A stretch of 64,000 bases of DNA, taken from the NCBI GenBank assembly GCA_965222905.1, contig OZ244976.1:7301261-7365260 (forward strand). The letters are read 5' to 3'. This DNA is from Vicinamibacterales bacterium. Its GTDB lineage: Bacteria > Acidobacteriota > Vicinamibacteria > Vicinamibacterales > UBA8438. A program made the translations under genes and the position numbers. Below the pieces are notes generated by a model. It was given only the letters and a program-made list of their open reading frames with translations. It had not been told where the DNA came from and did no database searches. Positions 43,898 through 54,825 of this stretch are shown piece by piece (position 1 is the stretch's first letter; every line of letters begins with the position of its first letter).

Positions 43898-44400
43898 GCC
43901 GTTCAGTGTACGAAACTCGACCGCGCCGGGGCCAGGCCGGATCCGCGACTTTCGCCACAGGCTGCTATTGCAGCTCGCCGGATACGGCGTAGCTGCCCTT
44001 CTGGAGTACGACACCCAGCACGTGTTTCTGCGCCGGCACTATCTCGCGAGCGGCGAGGAAGACAGACTCTTGCTTCGTCTCAAGGACACGGCAAGCGTCC
44101 TCTTGCTCTCCGCCGGTGGATCCGACGACTGTCCGGCGGCGATGCGCCGCGACCGGGAAGACACTGTCGCATGTGTTTTTATAACCCGATCTGTGACCAC
44201 GCCGCGTTGGAACCGGCTCGGCACACTGCGATCCGCCTCGCGTGACTACACTACCAACCCACTGGTGTCCCAAGAAAGTCGTCTTGGGTCTGTGTAACTC
44301 ATTGTTTAATAACAAGATACACCGATTTCGAGCAGTCATCGACTTGAATTGTTCCCCGCTCTCAGGAGATGCTCACCGCCGTTCTTCGAGGTGGTGAGAC

Positions 44401-45654
44401 ATGTACTCAGGCAAGCTGGTCTTCGCGCAGGTGATGGATCACCTGCCGATGCACACCTTCCGTCAGGCCGTTCGGCGATACGGCGGCGACCGCTACGTCA
44501 AGTCCTTCCCCTGCCACAGCCAGTTTCTGTGCATGGCGTTCGCACAACTGACTTACCGGGAGAGCTTGCGCGACATCGAGGTCTGCATGCGGGCCCAGCG
44601 GCGCAAGCTCTATCACTTGGGCATTCGCAACACGGTGTCGCGCAACACGCTGGCCAACGCGAACAAGCAGCGCGACTGGCGAATCTACGCCGAGGTCGCG
44701 CAGGAGTTGATTCGCATTGCACGGCCGATGTACGCCGACGAGGACCTGGGACTGGATCTCGACAACACGGTGTTTGCCCTGGACGCTTCGACCATCGATC
44801 TGTGTCTGTCCGTGTTTCCGTGGGCCCCGTTCCGGTCCACGAAAGCCGCGGTCAAGCTCCACACGCTGCTCGACCTGCGCGGCCCGATTCCGACGTTCCT
44901 GCATGTGTCCGACGGCAAAATGGCAGATGTTCACGCGCTCGACCGCTTCATCCCCGAGCCTGGGGCCTTCTATGTGATGGATCGTGCCTATCTCGACTTC
45001 GAGCGCCTGCACGCCCTGGCGGCATTCGGCGCGTTCTTCGTCATCCGCGCAAAGTCCAACACGCGATACCACCGTCGGTACTCTCAGCCGGTCGACAAGA
45101 CGACCGGTCTTCGTTGTGATCAGACCATCGTGCTCACGGGCGCAGATTCCACGTCTCGGTATCCCCAGCCTCTCCGCCGCGTGAAGTATTGGGACGAGTC
45201 AACGGGCAAAACGTTCAATTTCCTGACCAACAACTTCGCGATCCCTGCGCTCACGGTCGCCGAGTTGTACCGGCACCGCTGGCAAGTGGAGCTGTTTTTC
45301 AAGTGGATCAAGCAGCACTTGCGGATCAAGTCGTTCTTTGGGACCTCGGAGAACGCCGTCAAGAGCCAACTCTGGATTGCGGTGTCGGTGTACGTGCTCG
45401 TGGCCATCCTCAAAAAACGGCTGGATCTTCCGGTAAGTCTCTACACAATTCTACAGACACTGAGTTTGACAGCGTTCGAGAAAACCCCGCTTTTACGGCT
45501 ATTCTCTGAGACCGATTACACTTCTCATAGTGACGACGCCCGTAACTTGTTGAATCTAGTGCGCCGTGACAAGGCGCTATTCCTCAGCGGGTGCGAATCC
45601 CGCCCGGCAACTGTCGCTCCAGCCGGTAGCAGTCGGAGCGGACGATGGAGGTAA
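44401..45654 (+). CDS. IS4 family transposase (native end NLLNL|LD* split by intron E at 45558)
   Basis: 'FAQLTYRESLRDIE', 'LDAST', 'MDRAY', 'YRHRWQVELFFKWIKQHL' (YREK). Confidence 0.92.
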   Translation: MYSGKLVFAQVMDHLPMHTFRQAVRRYGGDRYVKSFPCHSQFLCMAFAQLTYRESLRDIEVCMRAQRRKLYHLGIRNTVSRNTLANANKQRDWRIYAEVAQELIRIARPMYADEDLGLDLDNTVFALDASTIDLCLSVFPWAPFRSTKAAVKLHTLLDLRGPIPTFLHVSDGKMADVHALDRFIPEPGAFYVMDRAYLDFERLHALAAFGAFFVIRAKSNTRYHRRYSQPVDKTTGLRCDQTIVLTGADSTSRYPQPLRRVKYWDESTGKTFNFLTNNFAIPALTVAELYRHRWQVELFFKWIKQHLRIKSFFGTSENAVKSQLWIAVSVYVLVAILKKRLDLPVSLYTILQTLSLTAFEKTPLLRLFSETDYTSHSDDARNLLNLVRRDKALFLSGCESRPATVAPAGSSRSGRWR

Positions 45655-47264
45655 CGACATCGGCTGAAGCACTCCGACGACAAAGGGCCGCCCTGGGCGG
45701 TTCAGCGACCACGCGGGCTACAACGCGAGTAAACGCCGAGCAGGCCTCGAAACGGGTAACGCGGAAGCCGACCCGCCTGGATTACGGGGAAGGCTGCCAG
45801 CGGTCGGGAAGCGAGCGACGCGAGCACCGACCGGTTCCGCCGGGGTAATGGCGGCAGCACGCGTGGACGAGGGGAATGGACGCAACACGGGAAGCCCTGC
45901 CGGCGGCGTGGCACGCGCCAACCGACGACCCGTGAGGGCAAGGTCGGGCCGGCCAGGGTGGCGGAGAAGCCCGTACTGTGCGCCAGGCAGCGCACTGGTC
46001 AGGAGGGTTGAAGTCCCTCCGGCCCCCGGATGAGGGGGGCCGTATCCAAAGGCGGGGGTAATGCCTCGCCGGCCGCAGGTGGCAGGTATGGAGATACCTA
46101 GACGGGCACGCAGGCGAAAGCTGGACACAGCCAAGGTGGACCTGGAGCCGCCACGACGGAACTGCGGAGGACAGGGCGCCCACCGTGAGGTGGGGTCCGA
46201 AGGGTTTGCGGAGCAGTACCGGGCCGTAGTCGAGGGGGCGACCCCATGACGAACCGGTCGGCCAAAGGTGGGGCAAGGTCGAGCCTGCACTACAGAGGCG
46301 AAGGCGATCTCATCCACCCACCGCACCAAGGTGTTTGCGGGCGGCACGGTATGGAAGACCAGTGCGTGACCCTGGGAGACCTCGGCGGGTCCGCGGGTGG
46401 CGCCGCGGCAACTGACCCTATAAGCGAGAGCGAAGTGGGAAGGGATGCTCGTCGAGGAGTCGGACGGCCGAATAGTACCTGAAGCGCGGTGAAAGCCGCG
46501 TGACCGTCAGGGGGCGGCAACCGAGTGGGTTGGGGAAGGCGGCCGGCGAAGACGGTCGGGACCGGACAGGACGGTGAGATGAGCAAGGGCGCTGAGGTGG
46601 ACAGTTCCATGAGTGAAAGACCCCAACATCAGCGACCGAGGAGACTTGCCGACTGGCTGAACCCGACGGGCCGGAGGAGGGTCCACTCTTTGATTCCTCC
46701 ATCGGTCCTCATCACGCGAAGACGTCTTCGTGAAAGCGGTATGCGGGAAAACCGCACGTACCGTTTGAGCGGCGGACGGAGGCCAGCGCCCGCGGGGCGC
46801 GCCTCCTCCGACCCGACACCGTTGAAGCTGGGCAATGCCGGCCGAGGGAAGGGGCTTCAGGTGGAAGGGATGGCGAAAGGGAACAGGCTCCGGGAGTGGC
46901 CGAACGGCCTATCACCCCGATGAATGAGCAGGAATGCCAGACGTCATCACATGCATAAGCGAAGGGGACGACCCGCGCGGTCGCCGTCGTCAGGGCGTCA
47001 ACAGGTCTGACGACGCACCGGCCGGCCAACGCCAGGGTGTGAGCCGGGTGCCACGGCTTGCAAGACCCGCCCGCTGGTCGCAACTGGAAAGCCCGTGTGC
47101 GAGCCGCATGATTCCACTGGAGAGCCCGGTGCCGGAAATCGGCACGCCGGGTTCGGAGAGCGGGGGGAGGAAACGTGCCCATGGGACTCGGACTGCGGCC
47201 CGGTGCGAAAGCGCCGGCAGAGCCACCGACTCCCTACTGGTTACGCGCCTCCCCTCGACTCTAC
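45559..47264 (+). ncRNA. ORF-less group II intron E (866 nt without the nested intron)
   Basis: GTGCG start; EBS1 TGGATT (45778-45783) pairs with exon AATCTA; DV at about 47121-47156; end ...ACTCTAC; removal restores the transposase stop. Confidence 0.88.
45978..46817 (+). ncRNA. ORF-less group II intron D, copy 2 (840 nt)
   Basis: Near-identical inverted copy of 41644-42483; removal restores DIII 'GAAGCCCGTACT|ACCGTTG...GGGCTTC'. Confidence 0.9.
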
Positions 47265-48766
47265 TTGGACTAATTCCTGGGACACTAGTGCTACCAACCT
47301 GGAGCTGTCTTGTCTGCACGCCGATGCGACGGAAAGATCCGGACAGACGATACATCGCGCCAAAGGCGGCGGTCACAATGGTGCGCGGAGTTCGGTGCGG
47401 AGACCGCTGTCTTGGCTGATCACTCCGTCGGCCGGTCGTGACCGCCGACGCTTGTCCGCTGGTGGAGCAAGGCGCTCCAGACGGCGCGCCGCTCCCTCTC
47501 GTCGAACGGAACTCCATATCGCCACGGCTCGCTCTGCGGCCCGCGACCGGGCGGCGCACACCCTTCCCAATTTCGTGTGGGACGGAGGGAATGCGAACGG
47601 GCGGATCCATCCTTACCCGCTAGGGCCCGGACTATTCATGGCGACCGTGACTTGGCCCCTGGGAGGCGGCACCGGAACCGGACTCGGTCACGGACAACGG
47701 GCAATGAGCAGTGGGCGGCCGCTGGAACGTCTCAACCGCGTGTGGCAGGGTGGTTGAGCGCCGAATGGACGTGATGACGGGTGCCGCCGGGGAGGACAGC
47801 GCACACTTCCCCCGTTGCGGGCGGTTGGCAGCCTCCGTCGGTCAGCGATGCGGCGCTCGCCGAGCGGCTATCCGGCGCGCGCCCCGAGCGCGAACGCGAT
47901 ATGCCGCCACGCCGCCAGGTCTGGTGTCGCGCGCGGCAGGCGCAGGACGATGCGATGCACCGAGCACACCACCTGGACGCCGAGCTTCAGCAGCCGGTCG
48001 CGCAGCCAGGGCACCTGCGCGCGGGCGCACGCGGTGTCGGCGGCGCGCAGCCGCAACTCCTGCATCAGCACGTAGGCCGCCGCCGTCAGCAGGACGCGCA
48101 ACTGATTCGCCGAAAACGTCTGGCAACTCGTGCGGTCGATCTGTAGGGCCTTCAGTTCCTTGATCCGGTTCTCGGCGTCCCCGCGGGCGCAGTAGACCTT
48201 CTCGTAGAGGAAACGCGGCGTCTGCCGCATGTTGGTCACGACGAAGCGCGGATTGTCCCGCGGCTCGCGGTCTCGGTGGCGGACGACTTCGGCCTTGGTC
48301 ACCACGCGGCGCGCGTGGTTCCACGTGCCGGCCTGGTACTCGTTGGTCTCGGTGTAGACGTGCTCGGTCTGTTCGTTGCGCCACGTCCGCGCCCGCGCCA
48401 CCAGCATGGCCGGCTCCGGCGTACCGCTCCAACACCGCGTTCTTCGCCATCGCGACCACGTAATCGAGCCGCGGCTGCGCCTCCAGGAAGTCGAAGACCG
48501 CCGGGCTGGCAAAGCCCCCGTCGAGCCGAACGAGAATGCGCGCCCGCGGAAACGCCCGGCGCAGCCGCGGCAGCAACCGCGACAACAGCCCGACCGTCCC
48601 CTCGGAGGCGACCGCCTTGCCGTGCCGCAACAGCGCCGCGCACAGATACTGCTCGGATTCGCGGTCGAAGGTCAGGAAGCCAAGCAGCGGCAGGTAGCAC
48701 CAGTTGTCGTAGTAGCCGTTGAAGAGCGTGTACTGCTGCGCCCCGTGCGTCGGGTCGTCCGTCGGG

Positions 48767-50343
48767 GGGCGCATTCCCGATTTCCCGGAGCAGTGTGTAG
48801 GCAAAGATGGACTGTGAGGCTGGGGGAGGTTGAGCCGGTCTTCGGACAGACGGGGAGGGTGGTACTGGACATTACGGCTCGGACTGCCCATGATGGTGCG
48901 TTGAAATGGACAAGACCATCGACACCCCGAGCCGCGAGATCGATCTTGGCAACATTCCCGTCCACCTGCGCACTGCCCTCCGGCGGGCGCTGGAGTTGGA
49001 GGCGCGTGCTCCAGCGCCCAGGTCGGCAGAGGAAGCGGAGCAGTGCGAAGAGCAGCTGCGGGCCATCGCGGACGAGTTCTTCGGCGCCCTCCTCACCCCC
49101 GTGCTGCAACGCGCGGTGCGCTCCGCCGCGGTTGGCGACGCGGCGAGCGCCCTCGTGCGCCACCTGCCCCGGCGGATGCGGAGCGACGGCCTGGAGACCG
49201 TCAACGTTCGCACCTCCCGGGGCACGACGGTGCCGGTCACGACGCCGTACTACCGCGAGAAACACGCCCGTCGGGCGAAGCGGAGGCCGGGACTCTACCC
49301 CGCCTTGGTGGTGCTGGGCATCTACGACCGGTGCACGCCGAAGCTGGCCTCCGATGCAAGCCGCGCGGTCGCCATGCTCAGCTCGCTGGCCGAAGCGCAG
49401 GCGCAGCTCCGCTCCGAGGGCATCGCCCTGGATATCAAGACCCTCCGCTCGACCGCCTATCGCTACGCTGCGCGGGCCCGAGCGGCCCAGCAGAGCGCGG
49501 CGTGCGGCCTGCTGGACCGCGTGACCGGCAAGCGGGTGGTCGTCTCCCTCGACGGGGGCCGCGTCCGTGTGAGGCGCAAGAAGCGTGGCCCCAAGACGAA
49601 GAAGGGGCGCAACCGATTCCATACCGACTGGAAGGAACCGAAGCTCCTCATCCTGTACGTCGTCGGCGACGACGGGCGACCGTCTCAGACGTGGGCCCCG
49701 ATCATCGACGGCACGCTCCGGGGACCGGAGGCGGTCTTCGCCCTGCTGTTGTCGTACGCGCGGCAGATCGGCCTCAACGCCGCTGACAAGGTGCTCTTCA
49801 TCGCCGACGGCGCGCCCTGGATCTGGCGACGCCTCCAGCGCCTCATCGCCGCGCTCGGGCTCTCGCCGACACAGGTGCTGGGGCTGATCGACTTCTATCA
49901 TGCCGCCAAGCAACTCTCCGACGCGGTCAAGCTGCGCCGCTGGAGCGCGACGCAACGCACCCGCTGGCTCAACCGCACGCGGGGGCTGCTCAAGCGAGCA
50001 CGCGTGGACGAGGTGATCACGGCCCTGCGGGAGCTGTGCCGCGGGCGCACGGCCGGCAAGATCCGCACGCACCTCAACTACTTCCTGAAGAACCGTCATC
50101 GTTTCGCCTACACCACAATGGTCGGGCTCGGGCTTCCGCGGGGCAGCGGCGCCGTCGAAAGCGCCATCCGTCGCGTCATCAATCTCCGCATCAAGGGCGC
50201 ATCCATCTATTGGCTACCGGAGAGCGTCGACGCGATTCTTCTCCTGCGGTCTTTCTATAAGTCCGGCAGATGGAACTGTTTGCAGCGGATGGCCATGACG
50301 CCGGTGGGTGTGAGCGCGTGACCGGGAAATCGGGAATGCGCCC
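48767..50343 (+). mobile_element. Mutator-type IS (ISKra4/ISLre2-like), complete
   Basis: Perfect 22-bp IR GGGCGCATTCCCGATTTCCCGG; 8-bp TSD CCGTCGGG (48759-48766, 50344-50351). Confidence 0.92.
48906..50321 (+). CDS. Mutator-type DDE transposase
   Basis: 'SLDGG', 'IADGAPWIW', 'IDFYHA', 'GSGAVESAIR'. Confidence 0.9.
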   Translation: MDKTIDTPSREIDLGNIPVHLRTALRRALELEARAPAPRSAEEAEQCEEQLRAIADEFFGALLTPVLQRAVRSAAVGDAASALVRHLPRRMRSDGLETVNVRTSRGTTVPVTTPYYREKHARRAKRRPGLYPALVVLGIYDRCTPKLASDASRAVAMLSSLAEAQAQLRSEGIALDIKTLRSTAYRYAARARAAQQSAACGLLDRVTGKRVVVSLDGGRVRVRRKKRGPKTKKGRNRFHTDWKEPKLLILYVVGDDGRPSQTWAPIIDGTLRGPEAVFALLLSYARQIGLNAADKVLFIADGAPWIWRRLQRLIAALGLSPTQVLGLIDFYHAAKQLSDAVKLRRWSATQRTRWLNRTRGLLKRARVDEVITALRELCRGRTAGKIRTHLNYFLKNRHRFAYTTMVGLGLPRGSGAVESAIRRVINLRIKGASIYWLPESVDAILLLRSFYKSGRWNCLQRMAMTPVGVSA

Positions 50344-50545
50344 CCGTCGGGTCCAGATCGATCGTGATGCACCGCGCCCGCCCGTCCAGACGGCGGCGAT
50401 GCCGCGCGATGACCCGCGTGGCCAACTCGTCGGCCATGCGGTAGAGCGCGCAGCCGTTGACTGCGTTCTCGAACCGCGACAGCGTCGGCTGCGACGCCAG
50501 GCGCTCGCCCGAAACCGGGTCTCTGTCGAGCAGCAGCTTGGGCTG

Positions 50546-50554
50546 TGCTACAAT
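50546..50554 (+). promoter_or_regulatory. Extended -10 element TGcTACAAT, probable original promoter of the 51918 operon
   Basis: About 40 bp upstream of the ISAzo13 insertion point; removing the IS places it about 70 bp before the SD/ATG. Confidence 0.4.
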
Positions 50555-50597
50555 GCTTCCCATGCGTATCGGGATCCAACCCGTGATTCTAAACTAA

Positions 50598-51890
50598 GGG
50601 CACTGCGCTAAACTAGTTTGCTACCTGTGGGTTTTCTGGTCATACTGGAGGCATGAAGCGAGACATCGAGCTGGAAGCGACCCTTGTCGCGAAGTATGCG
50701 GCGGTCGGTCCCGTGTTGGACGAGCGCAGTCGCCGCCGGTGGGCGGCGGCCGAGTCGCTCGCCATCGGCTACGGCGGCGACGCGGTGGTTTCGTCGGCTA
50801 CCGGTGTGGCTCGGGAGACGATTCGCAAGGGGCGCCGGGAGATTGCCCGCGACGAGGCGCCGACGGACCGCATTCGACGCCCTGGCGGCGGACGGCCCCG
50901 CATCCAGCAGGATCAACCCGGCATCCAGGCCGCGCTCCAAGCGCTGGTGGATCCGCTCACGCGCGGCGACCCGACCTCGCCGCTGCGCTGGACGTGCAAG
51001 AGTCGCGCGAAGCTGGCGGCGGCGCTGACCGAGCAGGGGTGGCGGGTGAGTTCGACCACTGTGGGCCGGCTGCTGCACCGCCTGGGCTACCGGCTGCAAT
51101 CGCCGCGCAAACGACAGGAAGGCGCCACGCATCCGGACCGCAACGCGCAGTTCGAGCACATCAACCGGACTGCCGACGAGCATCTGAGCGCCGGCCAGCC
51201 GGTGATTTCGGTCGACACGAAGAAGAAGGAGCTGGTCGGGAACTTCAAGAACGGCGGGCGGGAATGGCCGCCGAAGGGCACGCCGCCAGCGGTGCTGGTG
51301 CATGATTTCCCGACCGACGCCGAGGGCAAGGCGATTCCGTACGGCGTCTACGACATGGCGCGCAACGAAGCCTGGGTGAGCGTGGGCTGGGACCACGACA
51401 CACCGGCGTTCGCGGTGGCGTCGATTCGCCACTGGTGGGGCCAGATGGGCTGCGGCGCCTACCCTGAGGCCACGACCCTGTTCATCACGGCCGATGCGGG
51501 CGGGAGCAACGGGTATCGGTTGCGCGCCTGGAAGCATGAGCTTCAACAGTTGGCCGACGAGACCGGACTGACCATCGAGGTGAGTCATTTTCCACCCGGC
51601 ACCAGCAAGTGGAACAAGATCGAGCACCGGCTCTTCTGTCACATCACGGCGAACTGGCGCGGCACCCCGCTGACGACGTATGAGACCATCGTCGACCGCA
51701 TCGGGAACGTCCGGACGGCAACCGGGCTCCGGGTCCGGGCCGAACTCGACGCCGGGCAGTACCCCACGGGCGTTACGGTGACCAAGGAACAGATGGACGC
51801 ACTCGCGCTGGTCCGCGATGAGTTTCACGGGGAATGGAATTACAAACTGTTACCCCGACCAAGTTGAAGACTTTATATCGATCACTGTCC
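50598..51890 (+). mobile_element. ISAzo13 family element
   Basis: Imperfect ends GGGCACTG / CACTGTCC flanked by TAA on both sides (3-bp TSD). Confidence 0.75.
50653..51867 (+). CDS. ISAzo13 family transposase
   Basis: 'ISVDTKKKELVGNFKN', 'ADAGGSN', 'PPGTSKWNKIEHRLF', 'HGEWNY'. Confidence 0.93.
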   Translation: MKRDIELEATLVAKYAAVGPVLDERSRRRWAAAESLAIGYGGDAVVSSATGVARETIRKGRREIARDEAPTDRIRRPGGGRPRIQQDQPGIQAALQALVDPLTRGDPTSPLRWTCKSRAKLAAALTEQGWRVSSTTVGRLLHRLGYRLQSPRKRQEGATHPDRNAQFEHINRTADEHLSAGQPVISVDTKKKELVGNFKNGGREWPPKGTPPAVLVHDFPTDAEGKAIPYGVYDMARNEAWVSVGWDHDTPAFAVASIRHWWGQMGCGAYPEATTLFITADAGGSNGYRLRAWKHELQQLADETGLTIEVSHFPPGTSKWNKIEHRLFCHITANWRGTPLTTYETIVDRIGNVRTATGLRVRAELDAGQYPTGVTVTKEQMDALALVRDEFHGEWNYKLLPRPS

Positions 51891-51917
51891 TAAAGGCGGA
51901 CATACAGGAGGAGCCCT

Positions 51918-52607
51918 ATGAGATCTCGTTTTCCCGCGCTCGTTGCCGCAGTTGCGACAGCTGTGTTGTTGATCCTGGCCACCACGAGCTTTCTGGAGGC
52001 ACGAGGAAACCGGTGCTACCTTGGAGCACACTTCTACAACAAGGAGCGAAAAATAGGACGTGGTGCCTATATCAGGGAGGAATGCAGTACCATGCTCCCT
52101 GATATACATAGTGCTCCATTTGGAAACTGGGGCGTCAATTCAGCATGGGGAAGCAGGAAGGACGGGAATCAGTTTCGGGGGTGGGAGCCAAATAGGAGAT
52201 ATACACAGAGACATTGGAACTCCTGCACGCCGCAGTTTCCGCCACCTCATAACGACTACTACAACGCCGAAGGCGGCTGGTCTCAAGAATGGAACCCGAA
52301 ATCAACGGAGCATTACGCGTCGGGGTGGGTGCTGCGCGGAAGTAGAGGGTTGTCCTGCAGGTACATACATGACGGGAGTGTCTGGACTTCCAGGAACAAC
52401 TACATGAAGCTCTATGAGCTGGACCAGTACGATCGTGACGAAAAGGTTGCGACGCTTAGCTACGGGAACGTTCACGTGGAGATTTCGTGCAACGGCGCGT
52501 GGGATTGTAGTGGCGAGTCAGACTGGGCATCGCCAACATACGTCAATCCGCAACTCTCCAAGGTGTCGGCCAAGATCCAGATTCGCGTGAAATCGGAGAG
52601 GAAATAG
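51918..52607 (+). CDS. Secreted hypothetical protein, Trp/Tyr/Cys-rich
   Basis: AGGAGG SD; signal peptide; visibly lower GC than flanks. Confidence 0.75.
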   Translation: MRSRFPALVAAVATAVLLILATTSFLEARGNRCYLGAHFYNKERKIGRGAYIREECSTMLPDIHSAPFGNWGVNSAWGSRKDGNQFRGWEPNRRYTQRHWNSCTPQFPPPHNDYYNAEGGWSQEWNPKSTEHYASGWVLRGSRGLSCRYIHDGSVWTSRNNYMKLYELDQYDRDEKVATLSYGNVHVEISCNGAWDCSGESDWASPTYVNPQLSKVSAKIQIRVKSERK

Positions 52608-52609
52608 GC

Positions 52610-53493
52610 GTGATGAAGAGACTCATGAGCTGCGGCGCGTTAGTGTTGGCAATTCTGTTCTCTGGAACTGTGGTCCAGAATCAGCGCGCGTCGAAGGTGC
52701 AGGGCGTTGTGCTCGCAGCGCCCTCCGGCGGTCTGTCGTCAAGTCCCCAGCCATTGGCTAATGCCCGCGTGGAATACAAGGAAAGGGGTGGCGCCGACGT
52801 GCAAGTGACGACGACAGACGCCAAAGGGCACTTCGAATTCCCATCCGGCCGGCGGGGTGTCGTGACGGCAAGCACGTCCGGGCTTGCAGCCATCAGCGTG
52901 AGATGGCCGTCACGGGAAGGTGGCGCGCAACTGCGCATAGTGCTCCCGCCAGCGGCGGCGGTGCGCGGGACGCTGTTCGATCTGGTTACGAAGCAGGCGG
53001 TCATGGACGGAGCCGTGAGGCTGACGGTAGCTCATTCGGCGAATCTTGTTTCCGACGCGGCACTTGTGGAGAACGGGCGTTTCGAGTTCAAGGGTCTTCC
53101 GCCGGGCCCGGCCGTCCTCGTGGCAACCGCAGACGGCTTTGCGCCGCACTTCAGCACGCGGACCCTCGAGAAGGGTACGGTTCATGACGCCCGAATCGGG
53201 CTGCTGGATGGGTCGGTGCATGGCAGCGTGCTCGATGCCTCCGGTACGCCCGTGAGCGGCGCGGGCCTTTTGTGGCCTACAATTCTTCTTTCGTGGCTGG
53301 AGAAGTCCTCGTGAGTTTCGTTGGCGGTCGTGACCTGACGGGGAATGATGGGACATTTGCGGTCAACGGCATCGTGCCGGACACGGAGTTTCAGCTCTAT
53401 GCAGAAAGCGAAGACGGCCGCCGATCGGAAGTAGTTACGCTTACAGCCAGTCCGGGCCTGCCGCTTGAGGGGGTTGTCCTGCGCATGAGATAG
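52610..53493 (+). pseudogene. Carboxypeptidase regulatory-like (transthyretin-fold) repeat protein, frameshifted near 53270
   Basis: 'TTTDAKGHFEF', 'NGRFEFKGLPPG', 'TGNDGTFAVNGI' repeats across two frames. Confidence 0.7.
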
Positions 53494-53536
53494 AAGCTGA
53501 GTCATCGAGATGGCTATGGGAAGAGGAGGGTGATGA

Positions 53537-54127
53537 ATGCACTTGTGCCTCGTGCCCATCCTGCTGCTCGTAGTCGGCTTCACGATGGGGCCGGCGGCCG
53601 GACCGGCCGCGGCGCAGCAGCGTGACCGGATCGAGGTCCAGGTCGGCGGCGGATGGGTCTGGCATTACTTGGCACCCCGTCACCTCGGGAGCGTTGAAGT
53701 CGGCCTCGCGCTGTGGGTGAGTGACGGGTGGGGAATCGCGGTACGGCGCGTGGTCGCGCCCGGTGACAGCCTCGCTCGGCCGGCTGACCGTCCGAGCGAC
53801 AACCGCTGGGCCGGCGACGGAAACGTGCGGTACACCACCGTAACGGCGCGGTACCGCCGGCTCTTGCGCGGCGATCTTGAGCTCAACGTCGGGTTCGGAC
53901 TGCTAGCGCAGGGGGCGGTTGACCACTTGCTGACACCGCACGAGACTGGCCGGCTCCAGGATTTGCAGCGCATAACAGAAGCGTATCGCGGCGGAGGTGC
54001 GCTTGAACTGCTGGTGGGGCGCAAGGTGTTCGGCAGCGTCGGTGTCAAGGGTGGGTTTACGATGGCCAGGTACACCGATCTCTATGTGAACACGAACGTG
54101 GTCGGCCTAGTGGCGATCGGGTTTTAG
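53537..54127 (+). CDS. Small outer-membrane beta-barrel protein
   Basis: Signal peptide, amphipathic strands, terminal 'VAIGF'. Confidence 0.6.
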   Translation: MHLCLVPILLLVVGFTMGPAAGPAAAQQRDRIEVQVGGGWVWHYLAPRHLGSVEVGLALWVSDGWGIAVRRVVAPGDSLARPADRPSDNRWAGDGNVRYTTVTARYRRLLRGDLELNVGFGLLAQGAVDHLLTPHETGRLQDLQRITEAYRGGGALELLVGRKVFGSVGVKGGFTMARYTDLYVNTNVVGLVAIGF

Positions 54128-54204
54128 TGCTGCGCCACGTCATAATCTTCGGACACGCACATGGGTTTACGGCGCGCGGTGAGTCGCCCGGGGGAGTCTC
54201 ACCT

Positions 54205-54375
54205 GGACTCTACCTCGCCTTGGTGGTGCTGCCCATCTACGACCGGTGCACGCCGAAGCTGGCCTCCGATGCAAGCCGCGCGGTCGCCATGCTCAGCTCG
54301 CTGGCCGAAGCGCAGGCGCAGCTCCGCTCCGAGGGAATCGCCCTGGATATCAAGACCCTCCGCTCGCCCGCCTAT
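54205..54375 (+). repeat. 171-bp near-identical copy of 49290-49460 (transposase internal fragment)
   Basis: Direct sequence match 'GGACTCTACC...CGCCTAT'. Confidence 0.9.
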
Positions 54376-54825
54376 GGGTGCGGCTCTTTTTCATAGATTG
54401 CTATCTCGCTCATTCATAAGGGTTTATGTCCGAGGACACTCCCTCTTCAGTGCGTTTTGAGGGGTGACAGCGTCCGGCGAGCGCCCCATCCGCCTCTTTT
54501 CGGGCCGCCGCCCGACCCGACCACGACGCCGGCACGCGCCGGTCCCCCTCAGGCGCGCTCCCTTCTGGACATTCGCGGGGTGCGGCTCTTCATAGAGGAT
54601 TTTTCGCCCTATTCATGGGCTCTTTTGCCCGCGGATGCGTCTCCCCAGTGGCCATTTCGGGAGGGACATCAAGCAGGCCAGCGCCGTACCGGCGTCTTTT
54701 CGGCAGCCAGCCGAGCCTCGTCACGGCGCCGAACACCTTCGGTCTTCTCCCCGACAGGCGCGCTCCCTTCTGGACATTCGCGCGGCGTTCTGGTACGGTG
54801 CCGTGGGAAGGGAGGCAGACCTGCG

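Larger units (their letters stand above)
44260..47290 (+). mobile_element. IS4 family element carrying a twintron
   Basis: 17-bp IRs CACTGGTGTCCCAAGAA / TTCCTGGGACACTAGTG (2 mismatches); 9-bp TSD CTACCAACC at 44251-44259 and 47291-47299. Confidence 0.93.
47868..50541 (-). pseudogene. IS1380 family transposase: 5'-truncated, interrupted by an IS, frameshifted near 48420
   Basis: 'LASQPTLSRFEN', 'IDLDPT|DDPTHGAQQ...FNGYY...CYLPL', 'VRLDGGF', 'YCARGDAENRIKELK'. Confidence 0.88.

Noticed and set aside
43966-44250. ORF interrupted by IS4 and continuing after 47299
   Set aside because: The frame is open across the TSD but I recognise no family, so no product can be supported.
35857-47264. Diversity-generating retroelement or retron (RTs plus repeats)
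   Set aside because: All RTs have group II motifs and flanking ribozyme domains; the repeats differ at very few positions, with no adenine-specific TR/VR pattern and no msr/msd.
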